64,000 bases of DNA, taken from positions 2,603-66,602 of the forward strand of contig QYQM01000022.1 of NCBI GenBank assembly GCA_007280905.1. The letters run 5' to 3'. The DNA comes from Porphyromonadaceae bacterium. Its GTDB lineage: Bacteria; Bacteroidota; Bacteroidia; Bacteroidales; UBA12481. The notes beneath the pieces are model-generated. The model did no database searches. It had not been told where the DNA came from and was given only the letters and a program-made list of their open reading frames with translations. Of the stretch, positions 39,310 to 48,913 are shown piece by piece. Made by a program: the position numbers and the translations under genes. Every line of letters starts with the position of its first letter. Positions within the stretch are counted from its first letter, which is position 1.

Positions 39310-40686
39310 TCAGCATGTTTCCTGACAATGCAGCGGGCAACTGTTGCAACGGGTTAGTTCGCCACGCAATCTTTTATCCACCAGATCGGCCAGACGCTCC
39401 CGCAGAGGGTCAACCGTAATTTTACTTAAAATTTCATGGCCAAATGCGTACATTAAAAGTAATCGGGCCTCCCGGATTGAGATTCCGCGGCTTTGGAGAT
39501 AAAATATCGCATTCTGGTCGAGTTGGCCCACGGTAGCTCCGTGACTGCACTTTACGTCATCAGCATAGATCTCCAGCTGAGGCTTTGTACTCATTCTGGC
39601 ATCATTGGTGAGCAAGATATTGTTATTTACCTGATAAGCCTGGGTCTTCTGGGCCTGAGGCCTAACCAGGATACGTCCTGTGAATGCACCGGTAGCTTGA
39701 TCATCGAGGATACCCTTGAAGCTTTGCCGGCTTGTACAATTTGGAACTGCATGATCGACAAAGGTGTAGCTGTCGACATGCTGAGTTTTATCCATAAGAA
39801 AAAGACCGAGCGTCTGATTCGAGGCACCTTCACCATTGAGACGGGTAAACACATTATTCCGGATCAGGCCTCCATGCAGGGTGATTGTATTAAATACCGC
39901 GTCGCTTGAACGTTCCTGATGCACGAAAGATGTTGAGATCTGATTAGAGTTATTGTTCTCGTTCTGAAGTTTAAAATAATCCAGATGAGCATTCGGCCCA
40001 ACATAGATTTCGGTTACCGAATTTGTCAGGAAATGATGGGCTGAAAGGGAATGATCGCAAACCACTACTTTGGCAGTAGCATTATCTTCGACGATCACCA
40101 GGTTCCGGTGCTGAACAAACAGGTCTTCCGGAGAGAGAAGGACATTAACGATTTGGATAGCGCGGTCGTTACCAGCACCACGGGGAACAAATATAAAAGT
40201 ACCATCCTGGGCAAAAGCCGTATTCAGTGCAACCAATCCATCTTTCTCATAATCAGCATATTTTGAATAATGCTGTTTGAGAAGATCAGGATATTGTTTT
40301 GCCGCTTCTGACATACTGCCGATAATCATTCCTCCAGGCAACACCTGCAATTTGGGCCTGTTTTCATAAAACCAACCGTTAACAAGCAAAATCAGTTCTG
40401 TATCCAGCTCGGGAATATCGCAATGAAAAAGGTCCTCAACAGCAAACAAAATTTTCCGTTGTCCGATGTACCGGTTTAGAGGAGAAAGGAAAACTTTGGG
40501 GATATCTGTAGACTTATAATTCTCCAGGGAGCGATCAGGGATTCCGAGTTTCCTGAAACTCTCCATTGCAGCCGGTCGGAGGGAATTGAACACTGAACTC
40601 GAGGAGCTTATCAACTGGTCGCGATTATCAAAGTACCAATCAGTCAGTTGATTATCCAATATATGCTTATCTGAAACGGCTTCCAT
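39310..40686 (-). CDS. sufD: Fe-S cluster assembly protein SufD
   Basis: SufD beta-helix C-terminal pattern (KPQLEIYADDVKCSHGATVGQLD), positioned between sufC and sufS. Confidence 0.88.
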   Translation of the reverse strand: MEAVSDKHILDNQLTDWYFDNRDQLISSSSSVFNSLRPAAMESFRKLGIPDRSLENYKSTDIPKVFLSPLNRYIGQRKILFAVEDLFHCDIPELDTELILLVNGWFYENRPKLQVLPGGMIIGSMSEAAKQYPDLLKQHYSKYADYEKDGLVALNTAFAQDGTFIFVPRGAGNDRAIQIVNVLLSPEDLFVQHRNLVIVEDNATAKVVVCDHSLSAHHFLTNSVTEIYVGPNAHLDYFKLQNENNNSNQISTSFVHQERSSDAVFNTITLHGGLIRNNVFTRLNGEGASNQTLGLFLMDKTQHVDSYTFVDHAVPNCTSRQSFKGILDDQATGAFTGRILVRPQAQKTQAYQVNNNILLTNDARMSTKPQLEIYADDVKCSHGATVGQLDQNAIFYLQSRGISIREARLLLMYAFGHEILSKITVDPLRERLADLVDKRLRGELTRCNSCPLHCQETC

Positions 40687-40687
40687 T

Positions 40688-41440
40688 TTACTCTTGATTT
40701 TCCTCCTTTATCCAGTCGTAGCCCTTTTCCTCCAGTTCATAGGCGAGGGTTTTATCTCCCGATCTGACGATCCGGCCTGCCGAAAGAACATGAACAAAAT
40801 CGGGTACAATATAATCCAGTAACCTCTGGTAATGAGTGATCACGATCATTGCATTGTCGGGCCGGCGCAAGCGATTTACACCTATAGCCACTGTTTTCAG
40901 TGCATCGATATCCAGTCCGGAGTCGGTTTCATCCAGGATAGCCAGACGAGGTTCCAGCATGGCCATCTGGAAAATTTCGTTTCGCTTTTTCTCACCCCCG
41001 GAGAAGCCTTCATTGACTGAGCGGCTGGCAAGCGCAGAATCTATTTCCATCAAAGCTTTTTTGTCGCGCATCAGTTTCAGAAAGTCGGAGGCACTCATTT
41101 CGGGAAGTTCACGATATTTACGCTGCTCATTAATTGCTGTGCGCATAAAGTTGACCATTGAAACCCCAGGGATTTCCACCGGATATTGAAATCCAAGAAA
41201 TATCCCGGATCTGGCACGGATTTCAGGAGCCATTCCGAGGAGTGGTTTTCCATCGAAAAAGATTTCTCCCCCGGTAACTGTAAAAATATCTCTTCCGGCC
41301 AGAACAGCCGCAAGGGTACTTTTACCCGAACCGTTGGGCCCCATAATTGCGTGAACTTCACCTTCATTGACTTCCAGGTTGATTCCCTTGAGAATCTCCA
41401 TGCCGTTGATTGCCGCTTTCAGGTTTCTGATTGATAACAT
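40688..41440 (-). CDS. sufC: Fe-S cluster assembly ATPase SufC
   Basis: Walker A GPNGSGKST, signature FSGGEKKR, and Walker B LAILDETDSGLD. ATG 41440 (MLSIRNLKA) is preferred; an alternative ATG lies at 41455. Confidence 0.93.
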   Translation of the reverse strand: MLSIRNLKAAINGMEILKGINLEVNEGEVHAIMGPNGSGKSTLAAVLAGRDIFTVTGGEIFFDGKPLLGMAPEIRARSGIFLGFQYPVEIPGVSMVNFMRTAINEQRKYRELPEMSASDFLKLMRDKKALMEIDSALASRSVNEGFSGGEKKRNEIFQMAMLEPRLAILDETDSGLDIDALKTVAIGVNRLRRPDNAMIVITHYQRLLDYIVPDFVHVLSAGRIVRSGDKTLAYELEEKGYDWIKEENQE

Positions 41441-41475
41441 GCGGATATTTAACATTGACGATTGACGGTTTATAA

Positions 41476-42924
41476 TTAGCCTATACTGCCTTCCAGACTG
41501 ATTTGCAGCAGTTTCTGTGCTTCGACAGCGAATTCCATCGGAAGTTTGTTCAGCACTTCACGGGCATAGCCGTTGACAATGAGTCCGATAGCGGTTTCGG
41601 TATCGATTCCGCGCTGATTGCAGTAAAATATCTGGTCTTCCCCGATTTTGGAGGTAGTAGCTTCGTGTTCGACGATTGCCGACTGATTATCCACTTCAAT
41701 ATAGGGGAAAGTATGTGCACCGCATTGATCTCCCAAAAGCAGCGAATCGCATTGGGAATAGTTCCTGGCATTTTCAGCATTTTTCGAGACTCTTACCAGG
41801 CCCCTGTAACTATTCTGGCCTTTCCCGGCTGATATTCCTTTTGAAACAATTGTACTATGGGTGTTTTTTCCGATATGAATCATTTTGGTACCGGTATCAG
41901 CCTGCTGATGATTGTTGGTCACCGCTACGCTATAAAACTCTCCGACAGAAGAATCCCCTCTGAGAATGCATGAAGGATATTTCCAGGTAACAGCTGAACC
42001 CGTTTCAACCTGAGTCCAGGAGATTTTCGACCGGTCGCCCAGGCAAATTCCGCGTTTGGTGACAAAATTATAGATCCCGCCCTTCCCATTCTTATCTCCG
42101 GGATACCAGTTCTGGACGGTGGAGTACTTCACCTCTGCATCGGTATGTGCAACAATTTCAACTATAGCTGCATGGAGTTGGTTCTTATCGCGCTTCGGTG
42201 CTGTGCAACCCTCCAGATAACTTACGTATGCACCTTCTTCCGCTACGATCAGTGTTCTTTCGAACTGACCGGTATTGGCGGCATTGATGCGGAAATAGGT
42301 GGAAAGCTCCATCGGGCACCTTACTCCTTTGGGGATAAAAACAAATGAACCGTCGCTGAAAACCGCTGAATTGAGTGCAGCATAAAAATTATCGCGATAA
42401 GGAACCACCGAGCCCATGTATTTCCGGATCAGGTCGGGATGTTCCCGAACCGCATCGCTGAATGAACTGAAAATGATGCCAACATCGGCCAGAGATTCCT
42501 TGAATGTGGTTTTTACGGAAATACTATCCATGACCGCATCCACGGCAAAACCCGAGAGGTGTTTTTGCTCATCCAGGGGAATCCCAAGTTTATCAAAGGT
42601 TTTTAATAATTCCGGATCAACATCTTCAAAACGGCCAGTCGGCTTTTTGCTTTTCGGGGCGGAATAATAGATAATATCCTGATAATCAATCACTGGAATT
42701 TTCAAATGAGCCCATTCCGGCAATTTCATCGTGAGCCAATATCTGAATGCTTTCAAACGGATCTCAAGCATCCATTCGGGCTCATCCTTCTTGGCGGATA
42801 ACTGGCATATGATATCTTCATTCAGGCCCTTGGGCAAGGCATCGTTATCCAGCACGGTAATAAAACCATACTTATATTCTCTCTGGGTAACCTGATTAAT
42901 AATAGGGTCCTGATCGCCGTTCAT
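41476..42924 (-). CDS. sufB: Fe-S cluster assembly scaffold SufB
   Basis: 482-aa full-length SufB-like sequence (YGF...[11 protein letters not shown]...HTFPYIEV...[14 protein letters not shown]). Confidence 0.93.
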   Translation of the reverse strand: MNGDQDPIINQVTQREYKYGFITVLDNDALPKGLNEDIICQLSAKKDEPEWMLEIRLKAFRYWLTMKLPEWAHLKIPVIDYQDIIYYSAPKSKKPTGRFEDVDPELLKTFDKLGIPLDEQKHLSGFAVDAVMDSISVKTTFKESLADVGIIFSSFSDAVREHPDLIRKYMGSVVPYRDNFYAALNSAVFSDGSFVFIPKGVRCPMELSTYFRINAANTGQFERTLIVAEEGAYVSYLEGCTAPKRDKNQLHAAIVEIVAHTDAEVKYSTVQNWYPGDKNGKGGIYNFVTKRGICLGDRSKISWTQVETGSAVTWKYPSCILRGDSSVGEFYSVAVTNNHQQADTGTKMIHIGKNTHSTIVSKGISAGKGQNSYRGLVRVSKNAENARNYSQCDSLLLGDQCGAHTFPYIEVDNQSAIVEHEATTSKIGEDQIFYCNQRGIDTETAIGLIVNGYAREVLNKLPMEFAVEAQKLLQISLEGSIG

Positions 42925-42956
42925 AATCGCGTGAAATACAGAAATAACAATGCTTG

Positions 42957-42982
42957 CAAAGTTATTTAGAATATTTCTAAAT
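42957..42982 (-). promoter_or_regulatory. candidate suf promoter -7 box (TAacTTTG on minus strand, 42957-42964) abutting a perfect palindrome ATTTAGAA-TAT-TTCTAAAT (42964-42982)
   Basis: Both were read directly. The palindrome lies 40-58 nt upstream of the sufB ATG, within the promoter spacer. Confidence 0.35.
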
Positions 42983-42989
42983 AGAAAGC

Positions 42990-43020
42990 AAAGATAAACA
43001 AATACCTATTATTTATCTTT
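42990..43020. repeat. 9-bp inverted repeat aaagataaa-N13-tttatcttt in the sufB/thiL divergent spacer
   Basis: Read directly. It is AT-rich, so the chance expectation is not negligible. Confidence 0.3.
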
Positions 43021-43061
43021 GGAGATATGCTATTTTTGGCTCATCTAGTACCTTTAGACCC

Positions 43062-44111
43062 ATGGCTGACAAGAAAACCAGAACCCTATCCGAGCTCGGG
43101 GAATTCGGATTGATCCGCGCACTTACCGACGATATTATTCTCCGCCATCCCGGTTCCCGCAAGGGGATCGGTGATGATGCAGCAGTCCTTGACCACAATG
43201 GTTTCCTGACTTTGGTTACAACAGATTTGTTGCTCGAAGGAATTCATTTCGATCTGACCTATGTTCCCTTGAAGCATCTGGGATATAAGTCGGTAGTTGT
43301 TAATCTTTCCGACATATATGCCATGAATGGGACTCCCTTGCAAGTTACGGTGAGCATAGGGGTTTCATCGAAGTTGTCGCTGAACGCCATTGAAGAATTT
43401 TATAAGGGGATAAAGCTGGCGTGTAATCAATACGAAATTGACCTGATTGGCGGTGATACCAGTGCCAGTGTAAATGGCCTGATTATTTCGGTTACTGCCT
43501 TGGGAACGGCTCAACCGCAGCAGATTGTGTATCGCAAAGGGGCTAAAAAGGGTGATCTGATCTGTGTAACAGGTGACCTTGGCGGTGCCTATATGGGTTT
43601 AATGCTCCTCGAACAGGAAAACAAGTTATTCAGGAAGGATCCGGCTTACAAACCACAGCTCGACGGATATCAGTATATTCTGGAGCGTCAGCTTAAGCCT
43701 GAAGCCCGGAAAGATCTGGGAAGGATGCTGCTGGCCGGTAGGGTGAAACCAACCTCCATGATTGACGTTTCCGATGGTCTGTCATCCGACCTGCTTCATA
43801 TTTGCGAGGCTTCCGGCACGGGATCCAGAATATTTGCCGATCGGATTCCGGTTCATTCCGAAACCCGAAAACTGGCTGAACAGTTGCGCATCAGTCCGAA
43901 TGTTGCAACATTAAACGGCGGCGAGGATTATGAACTTCTCTTCACTGTCGCACATGAAGATTTCGCAAGAATACAGCTTATAGAAGGCATCTCGATAATC
44001 GGTATGATGACTGGCAGGGAAGACGGTCACCTGGTAGAGTTCGAAGACAAAAGCACCATTTTGATGGAGGCTCAGGGGTGGAATGCGAAGCAGAAGTGGG
44101 AAGAGTTATAA
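43062..44111 (+). CDS. thiL: thiamine-monophosphate kinase
   Basis: AIR-synthase-like fold motifs GIGDDAAVL, DIYAMNG, GGDTS and GGEDYELLF. Confidence 0.85.
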   Translation: MADKKTRTLSELGEFGLIRALTDDIILRHPGSRKGIGDDAAVLDHNGFLTLVTTDLLLEGIHFDLTYVPLKHLGYKSVVVNLSDIYAMNGTPLQVTVSIGVSSKLSLNAIEEFYKGIKLACNQYEIDLIGGDTSASVNGLIISVTALGTAQPQQIVYRKGAKKGDLICVTGDLGGAYMGLMLLEQENKLFRKDPAYKPQLDGYQYILERQLKPEARKDLGRMLLAGRVKPTSMIDVSDGLSSDLLHICEASGTGSRIFADRIPVHSETRKLAEQLRISPNVATLNGGEDYELLFTVAHEDFARIQLIEGISIIGMMTGREDGHLVEFEDKSTILMEAQGWNAKQKWEEL

Positions 44112-44891
44112 TTCTCCGAAAGGCCCTTTGATGATCCCGCGCCGGGATTCCCGTATAAATGCGACGATCATATCACGTTCACCATTTCCGGCAAGATCGC
44201 GTTCAATGTGTTCGAGGGCCTGGCTGATATTATAGCCTTTCTGGTAAACATACCTGTAGATTTCATGTATCTCTTCAATCAGTTCCTCTGAGAAGCCTCT
44301 CCGGCGGAGGCCAACCAGGTTGATGCCTTCAAACCGGATCGGATCACGGCCTGCCGTGACAAACGGTGGCACATCTTTTCCGACTTTCGAACCGCCCTGA
44401 ATCATACAATGGGCACCGATCCGGACAAACTGATGAACACCGGCCATACCTCCGAGAAAAGCAAAATCTCCTATTTCGATTTCTCCGGCAAGGCCCACAT
44501 AATTAACTAGTATGACGTTGTTTCCGATCCTGCAGTCGTGAGCTACATGACTGTAGGCCATTATCAGGCACTTATTGCCGATGATGGTTTTTCCGAAGGC
44601 GCTGGTTCCCTTGTTGATCGTCACGCACTCACGGATAACCGTATCATCACCGATCTCCACAAAGGTAGCCTCGCCTTTATATTTCATGTCCTGTGGGATT
44701 GCCGAGATCACAGCTCCCGGGAAAACTTTGCAGTTTTTCCCGATCCGGGCTCCATCGAAAATGGTAACATGGGGTCCGATCCAGGTTTCCTCACCGATCT
44801 CCACGTCCTGACTGATGGAGGCAAAGGCTTCCACAGTGGCACTCCCGGCAATGCGGGCTTCAGGATGGACACTCGAGCAGGGGTGTATCAT
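44106..44891 (-). CDS. lpxA: acyl-ACP--UDP-N-acetylglucosamine O-acyltransferase
   Basis: Left-handed beta-helix hexapeptide repeats plus a C-terminal helical domain. Synteny with lpxC/fabZ and lpxD. Confidence 0.9.
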   Translation of the reverse strand: MIHPCSSVHPEARIAGSATVEAFASISQDVEIGEETWIGPHVTIFDGARIGKNCKVFPGAVISAIPQDMKYKGEATFVEIGDDTVIRECVTINKGTSAFGKTIIGNKCLIMAYSHVAHDCRIGNNVILVNYVGLAGEIEIGDFAFLGGMAGVHQFVRIGAHCMIQGGSKVGKDVPPFVTAGRDPIRFEGINLVGLRRRGFSEELIEEIHEIYRYVYQKGYNISQALEHIERDLAGNGERDMIVAFIRESRRGIIKGPFGEL

Positions 44892-46303
44892 TGAGCTGAG
44901 TTTTTGATTTCTTTATTCCTGAGCACCTGAGCCATCATTTCACCTTCGGTGACCAATTGATTTCCAACAAATGCCTGTGCCCTCATCCTGACAATCCCAC
45001 GGCGCACGGGTTCCAGAAGTTCCATTTTCAAAATGAGTGTATCGCCCGGAACAACTTTTCTTTTGAACCGCATATTATCGATTTTAAGGAAGTAGGCATT
45101 GTAATCTTTCGGGTGGTCAACGGTTTGCATCACCAGAATCCCACCGCACTGGGCAAGCGCCTCAACGATCAATACTCCCGGCATTACCGGTTCATTGGGA
45201 AAATGGCCGACAAAAAACGGTTCGTTCATCGATACATTCTTCAAACCGAGTATCATCACATCAGTAACTTCGATGATGCGGTCAACCAAAAGGAAAGGCG
45301 GCCTGTGGGGCAACAATGACATGATACGGTTAATATCATACTTTGGAACAGCATTCGGATCAAAGGTGGGAACGATATTTTTGGTTTTCTCTTTCCTAAT
45401 GACCTGTTTAACCATTTTAGCGAATTCAACATTGGAGTAATGTCCGGGTCTGGTGGCAATGATCTTGCCTTTGAGGGGGGTGCCAATCAGTTTAATATCC
45501 CCGATCAGGTCGAGGAGTTTGTGCCTGGCCGGTTCGTTACTGAATTTTAACCTGGTTGTACTGAGGATTCCCTGGGCCTGGGTCTGCACATGGGGCTTAC
45601 CGATCAGATCAGCTACCCGGTCGAGCTCGGTTTGGGGCACTTCCCGTTCCAGGATCACCATGGCATTATCCAGGCTGCCGCCCTTTATCAGGTTGTTTCT
45701 CCAGAGAACTTCGAGTTCCCTGAAAAACACGAAAGTGCGGGATGAAGCAATCTGGGTGGAGTAATCTGACATATGCGCCAGGCTGGCAAACTGGTTCCCC
45801 AGCACTTCTGAATTGTAATCAATCATCACGCTAATGCTGAATTCATCAGCAGGAAGCGCCATAATTTCAATTCCGCGTTCATCATCAGCATAAACGATCG
45901 GGTCCTTGATCTCAAAAATTTCGCGATCGGCATCCTGGCAAGAAATCCCGGCTTCCATGAAGGCATCCAGGTAAATTATGGCACTGCCGTCAAGGATTGG
46001 CATTTCCGGACCATTCACCGTGATCAGAATATTATCAATCTCCGACCCGGCTAATGCGGATAAGGAATGTTCAATCATTCCGATCCGGGCACCCTTGTCT
46101 TCAACAACTATATTCCGTGCTGTGTCCACCACAAGTTCAGCGGAAGCTTTGATTACCGGTTGCCCGGGAAGATCAATCCGCTGGAAAAGAATTCCTGTAT
46201 TTTCTGCTGCCGGGTGAAAAGTTGCATCAACATTTATCCCCGTGTGTAAACCTGTACCTGATAAGGTTACGCTTTTGGCTATGGTTTTCTGTTTAGCGGT
46301 CAT
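44888..46303 (-). CDS. lpxC/fabZ: bifunctional UDP-3-O-acyl-GlcNAc deacetylase / 3-hydroxyacyl-ACP dehydratase
   Basis: N-terminal LpxC (GTGLHTGINV, EHSLSAL) fused to a C-terminal FabZ hot-dog domain (LPHRPPFLLVDRI, FFVGHFPNEPVMPGVL). The fusion is typical of Bacteroidota. Confidence 0.92.
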   Translation of the reverse strand: MTAKQKTIAKSVTLSGTGLHTGINVDATFHPAAENTGILFQRIDLPGQPVIKASAELVVDTARNIVVEDKGARIGMIEHSLSALAGSEIDNILITVNGPEMPILDGSAIIYLDAFMEAGISCQDADREIFEIKDPIVYADDERGIEIMALPADEFSISVMIDYNSEVLGNQFASLAHMSDYSTQIASSRTFVFFRELEVLWRNNLIKGGSLDNAMVILEREVPQTELDRVADLIGKPHVQTQAQGILSTTRLKFSNEPARHKLLDLIGDIKLIGTPLKGKIIATRPGHYSNVEFAKMVKQVIRKEKTKNIVPTFDPNAVPKYDINRIMSLLPHRPPFLLVDRIIEVTDVMILGLKNVSMNEPFFVGHFPNEPVMPGVLIVEALAQCGGILVMQTVDHPKDYNAYFLKIDNMRFKRKVVPGDTLILKMELLEPVRRGIVRMRAQAFVGNQLVTEGEMMAQVLRNKEIKNSAQ

Positions 46304-46368
46304 TCAGTTTTACCCGATTAATTGGGTGCAAAAATAGGACTTTGGCCGTAAGATCAAAAAAACCAGTA

Positions 46369-47403
46369 CTATTCTTTGCTATTGGAGTGTTTTGACTGCT
46401 CAATCTGACGGATTCGTTCAACCAGTTCAGGCAACTTTTTAAAGTACACATATGATCTTTGATAGGGGACCAGGTCATAGGCAGGGCTTCCCTGTATCGA
46501 GGTTCCGGGAGTTTTTACCGATTGCCCTACCCCGCTTTGCGCAGCAATCTTTGTTCCATCAGCAATATTGATATGGCCGATAATCCCGACCTGTCCGCCG
46601 ATCATGCAGTTTTTCCCAATCCGGGTTGATCCTGATATACCCGTTTGCGCTGCAATGACAGTATTTTCACCAATTTCAACATTATGTCCGATCTGGATGA
46701 GATTATCCAGTTTAACTCCTTTCCTGATTATGGTGGAACCGATTGTTGCTCTGTCGATCGTTGTATTCGTTCCGATTTCAACATAATCTTCAATCACCAC
46801 ATTTCCGATTTGCGGGACCTTGGTAAAATCGCTGCCCGTTACCGGGGCAAATCCGAAACCGTCACCTCCTATAACCACACCGCTATGAATTACGCAATGC
46901 GAGCCGATTACAGAATTGTTATGAATTCGGGCGCCTGAATAAATCCAGGTATCGTCATTGATGACAACCTCCTCACTGATATAAACATGGGGAAAAATCT
47001 TGACCTTATTACCGATCCGGGCACCCTTGCTCACATAGGAGAATGCTCCGACATAAACTTCGCGGCCCAGGACTGCATCCTCATGAACAAAGGCCATGGG
47101 TTCAATTCCAGACCGGTTTGGCCGTTTCTCCACCAGGGCAAGCAGCTTTGCCAGGGAACGGTATGGATCATCAACCCTCACCAGTGTGCAGGAAAGAGGC
47201 TTTAAAGGCACAAATTCATTATGAACCAGAACCACCGTGGATTTGGTTTCATAAATATGGTTCTGATATTTCATATTGGCCAGGAAACTAAGGGTTCCGG
47301 GCCGGCCATCCTCTATTCTTGAAACATCATTAATCAGGGCATCAGGGTCTCCCTCTACCTTTCCGCCCAGATATCCGGCTATCTGTTTTGCTGTAAATTC
47401 CAT
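46369..47403 (-). CDS. lpxD: UDP-3-O-(3-hydroxyacyl)glucosamine N-acyltransferase
   Basis: LpxD N-terminal domain plus an extended run of hexapeptide repeats. Length is 344 aa. Confidence 0.9.
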   Translation of the reverse strand: MEFTAKQIAGYLGGKVEGDPDALINDVSRIEDGRPGTLSFLANMKYQNHIYETKSTVVLVHNEFVPLKPLSCTLVRVDDPYRSLAKLLALVEKRPNRSGIEPMAFVHEDAVLGREVYVGAFSYVSKGARIGNKVKIFPHVYISEEVVINDDTWIYSGARIHNNSVIGSHCVIHSGVVIGGDGFGFAPVTGSDFTKVPQIGNVVIEDYVEIGTNTTIDRATIGSTIIRKGVKLDNLIQIGHNVEIGENTVIAAQTGISGSTRIGKNCMIGGQVGIIGHINIADGTKIAAQSGVGQSVKTPGTSIQGSPAYDLVPYQRSYVYFKKLPELVERIRQIEQSKHSNSKE

Positions 47404-47433
47404 AGGTTAAAAAGCTAAATTAAGGTTAACGGA

Positions 47434-48741
47434 TCAGATTGCCTGATTAGTATCCGAATTGGCAAATAACCATTTCGGGTAGCAAAGATAGTATTTGCTA
47501 TCGGCACGGCTCAGCAAAGGCACATTGATAATGTCGCTGGCTTCCGACAGGGTGATGAGCTGACCGCTGTTTTCGAAAAACAGGATCTGGTCATCATTTT
47601 CGGCATAGGTACTATTGGTGATTATATCGGAAAAGACCAGGTATTTTGCTTCGTGCGGTGAGAATCCGAACTCAGTGATGGCCTTCCTTCGGAGGTGTTC
47701 AATCTGGTCGGGATTCCATGGGGTTCTCTGGATCCGGATCCCGGAGAGTTTTCGGTTCAGCAAGCCTTCCGAAAGAAGTGAAAGGACCTTATCCGGATGA
47801 TCCGTCCAAGCTTTTATGGAAGCAAAAATATCGGTATCATCGAGTTTGGAAAATTGCTCCAGCAACAGATCGGGATCAGCCAATGGCTGGTCGCTGAGCG
47901 GCCCCGGATAGAGAAACCCATGCAGGGCGGGAGTGGCAAAAACATGGGTCCCGTTATAGGCCAGTTCCCTGGCCCGGTTAAGAGCTTTAACCAGCATCTG
48001 TTCTGCCGCAATAACTGTTTTATGCAGATAAACCTGCCAATACATCAACCGTCGCGAGATCAGGTATTTTTCGATCGAATAGATCCCCTTTTTCTCTACA
48101 ACAAGCTGATCATTAACCACTTTCAGCATCTTTATAATCCTCTCATATCCTACCGCACCTTCAGTAACACCCGTAAAAAAGCTATCGCGGTTGAGATAAT
48201 CCAGCCGGTCCATATCCAGCTGGCTCGATACCAGCTGATGAAAAAATGATCTGGAATACTGATCGTTATAAATCCGGATGGAGAGATCCAGGGCCCCGCC
48301 GGTTGAGCGGTTCAGCTGCTGCATAAACAAGCCCGACAGTTTCTCATGGTCAATCGTTTCAACGATACTGTGTTCCAATGCATGTGAGAAAGGTCCGTGA
48401 CCGATATCGTGCAACAGGATGGCTGCAATGGCTGCATCGCATTCGTCCTCCGTTACCGGGTACCCTTTGCGAGAAATCACTTCCAAAGCAGTATTCATCA
48501 GGTACGCAGCACCGAGAGCATGCTGAAACCGGGTATGATTGGCAGCCGGATAAACATAGAATGTAAGCCCGAGTTGTCTGATTCTCCGCAGTCTCTGAAA
48601 CCAGGGATGGTCGATCAGATCATAAATCAGAGATGAGGGAAAATTGATAAAACCGTAAAGCGGGTCGTTAATAATCTTCCTTTTATTGGGAACAGTGAAG
48701 AATTCTTCGTCCATCGGGGGAATGCTAATTGCTTTATGCAT
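47434..48741 (-). CDS. HD domain-containing phosphohydrolase
   Basis: HD motif RFQHALGA...LLHDIGHGPFSH. The start could alternatively be the second Met (MDEEFF). Confidence 0.8.
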   Translation of the reverse strand: MHKAISIPPMDEEFFTVPNKRKIINDPLYGFINFPSSLIYDLIDHPWFQRLRRIRQLGLTFYVYPAANHTRFQHALGAAYLMNTALEVISRKGYPVTEDECDAAIAAILLHDIGHGPFSHALEHSIVETIDHEKLSGLFMQQLNRSTGGALDLSIRIYNDQYSRSFFHQLVSSQLDMDRLDYLNRDSFFTGVTEGAVGYERIIKMLKVVNDQLVVEKKGIYSIEKYLISRRLMYWQVYLHKTVIAAEQMLVKALNRARELAYNGTHVFATPALHGFLYPGPLSDQPLADPDLLLEQFSKLDDTDIFASIKAWTDHPDKVLSLLSEGLLNRKLSGIRIQRTPWNPDQIEHLRRKAITEFGFSPHEAKYLVFSDIITNSTYAENDDQILFFENSGQLITLSEASDIINVPLLSRADSKYYLCYPKWLFANSDTNQAI

Positions 48742-48820
48742 GCAATTTTACGACTAATTCTTCGGGAAACCGGAAAACCTCAAAATTTTCCTGATAATGA
48801 AGACGTTTCATGGCTACAAA

Positions 48821-48851
48821 TTGGAGTTATGGAAATATTTCTTTATTTTTG
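48821..48851 (+). promoter_or_regulatory. candidate Bacteroidota promoter: -33 TTG (48821-48823) and -7 TAttTTTG (48844-48851)
   Basis: Exact TAnnTTTG match with a TTG 20 nt upstream, located 63 nt upstream of the rimP start. Confidence 0.4.
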
Positions 48852-48874
48852 CGGTCGATTGTGGGAATTCTGGT

Positions 48875-48901
48875 ATAGGGGACACGGGTCCCCTATTTTT
48901 T
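48875..48901 (+). terminator. intrinsic-terminator-like hairpin in the rimP-nusA-infB leader
   Basis: 9-bp stem ataggggac (48875-48883) paired with gtcccctat (48888-48896), loop acgg, followed by T6. It lies 13 nt upstream of the rimP GTG. Confidence 0.55.
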
Positions 48902-48913
48902 AATTTTGATGTT

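Noticed and set aside
42925-43061. TPP riboswitch upstream of thiL; also a glycine riboswitch upstream of gcvH (54468-54521) and T-box leaders upstream of leuS
   Set aside because: The spacers are too short (137, 54 and 116 nt). I could not find the conserved cores (CUGAGA...ACCUGAUCUGGAUAAUGCCAGCG-type for TPP, the glycine aptamer cores, or the T-box AGGGUGGNACCGCG). T-boxes are not expected in Bacteroidota anyway.
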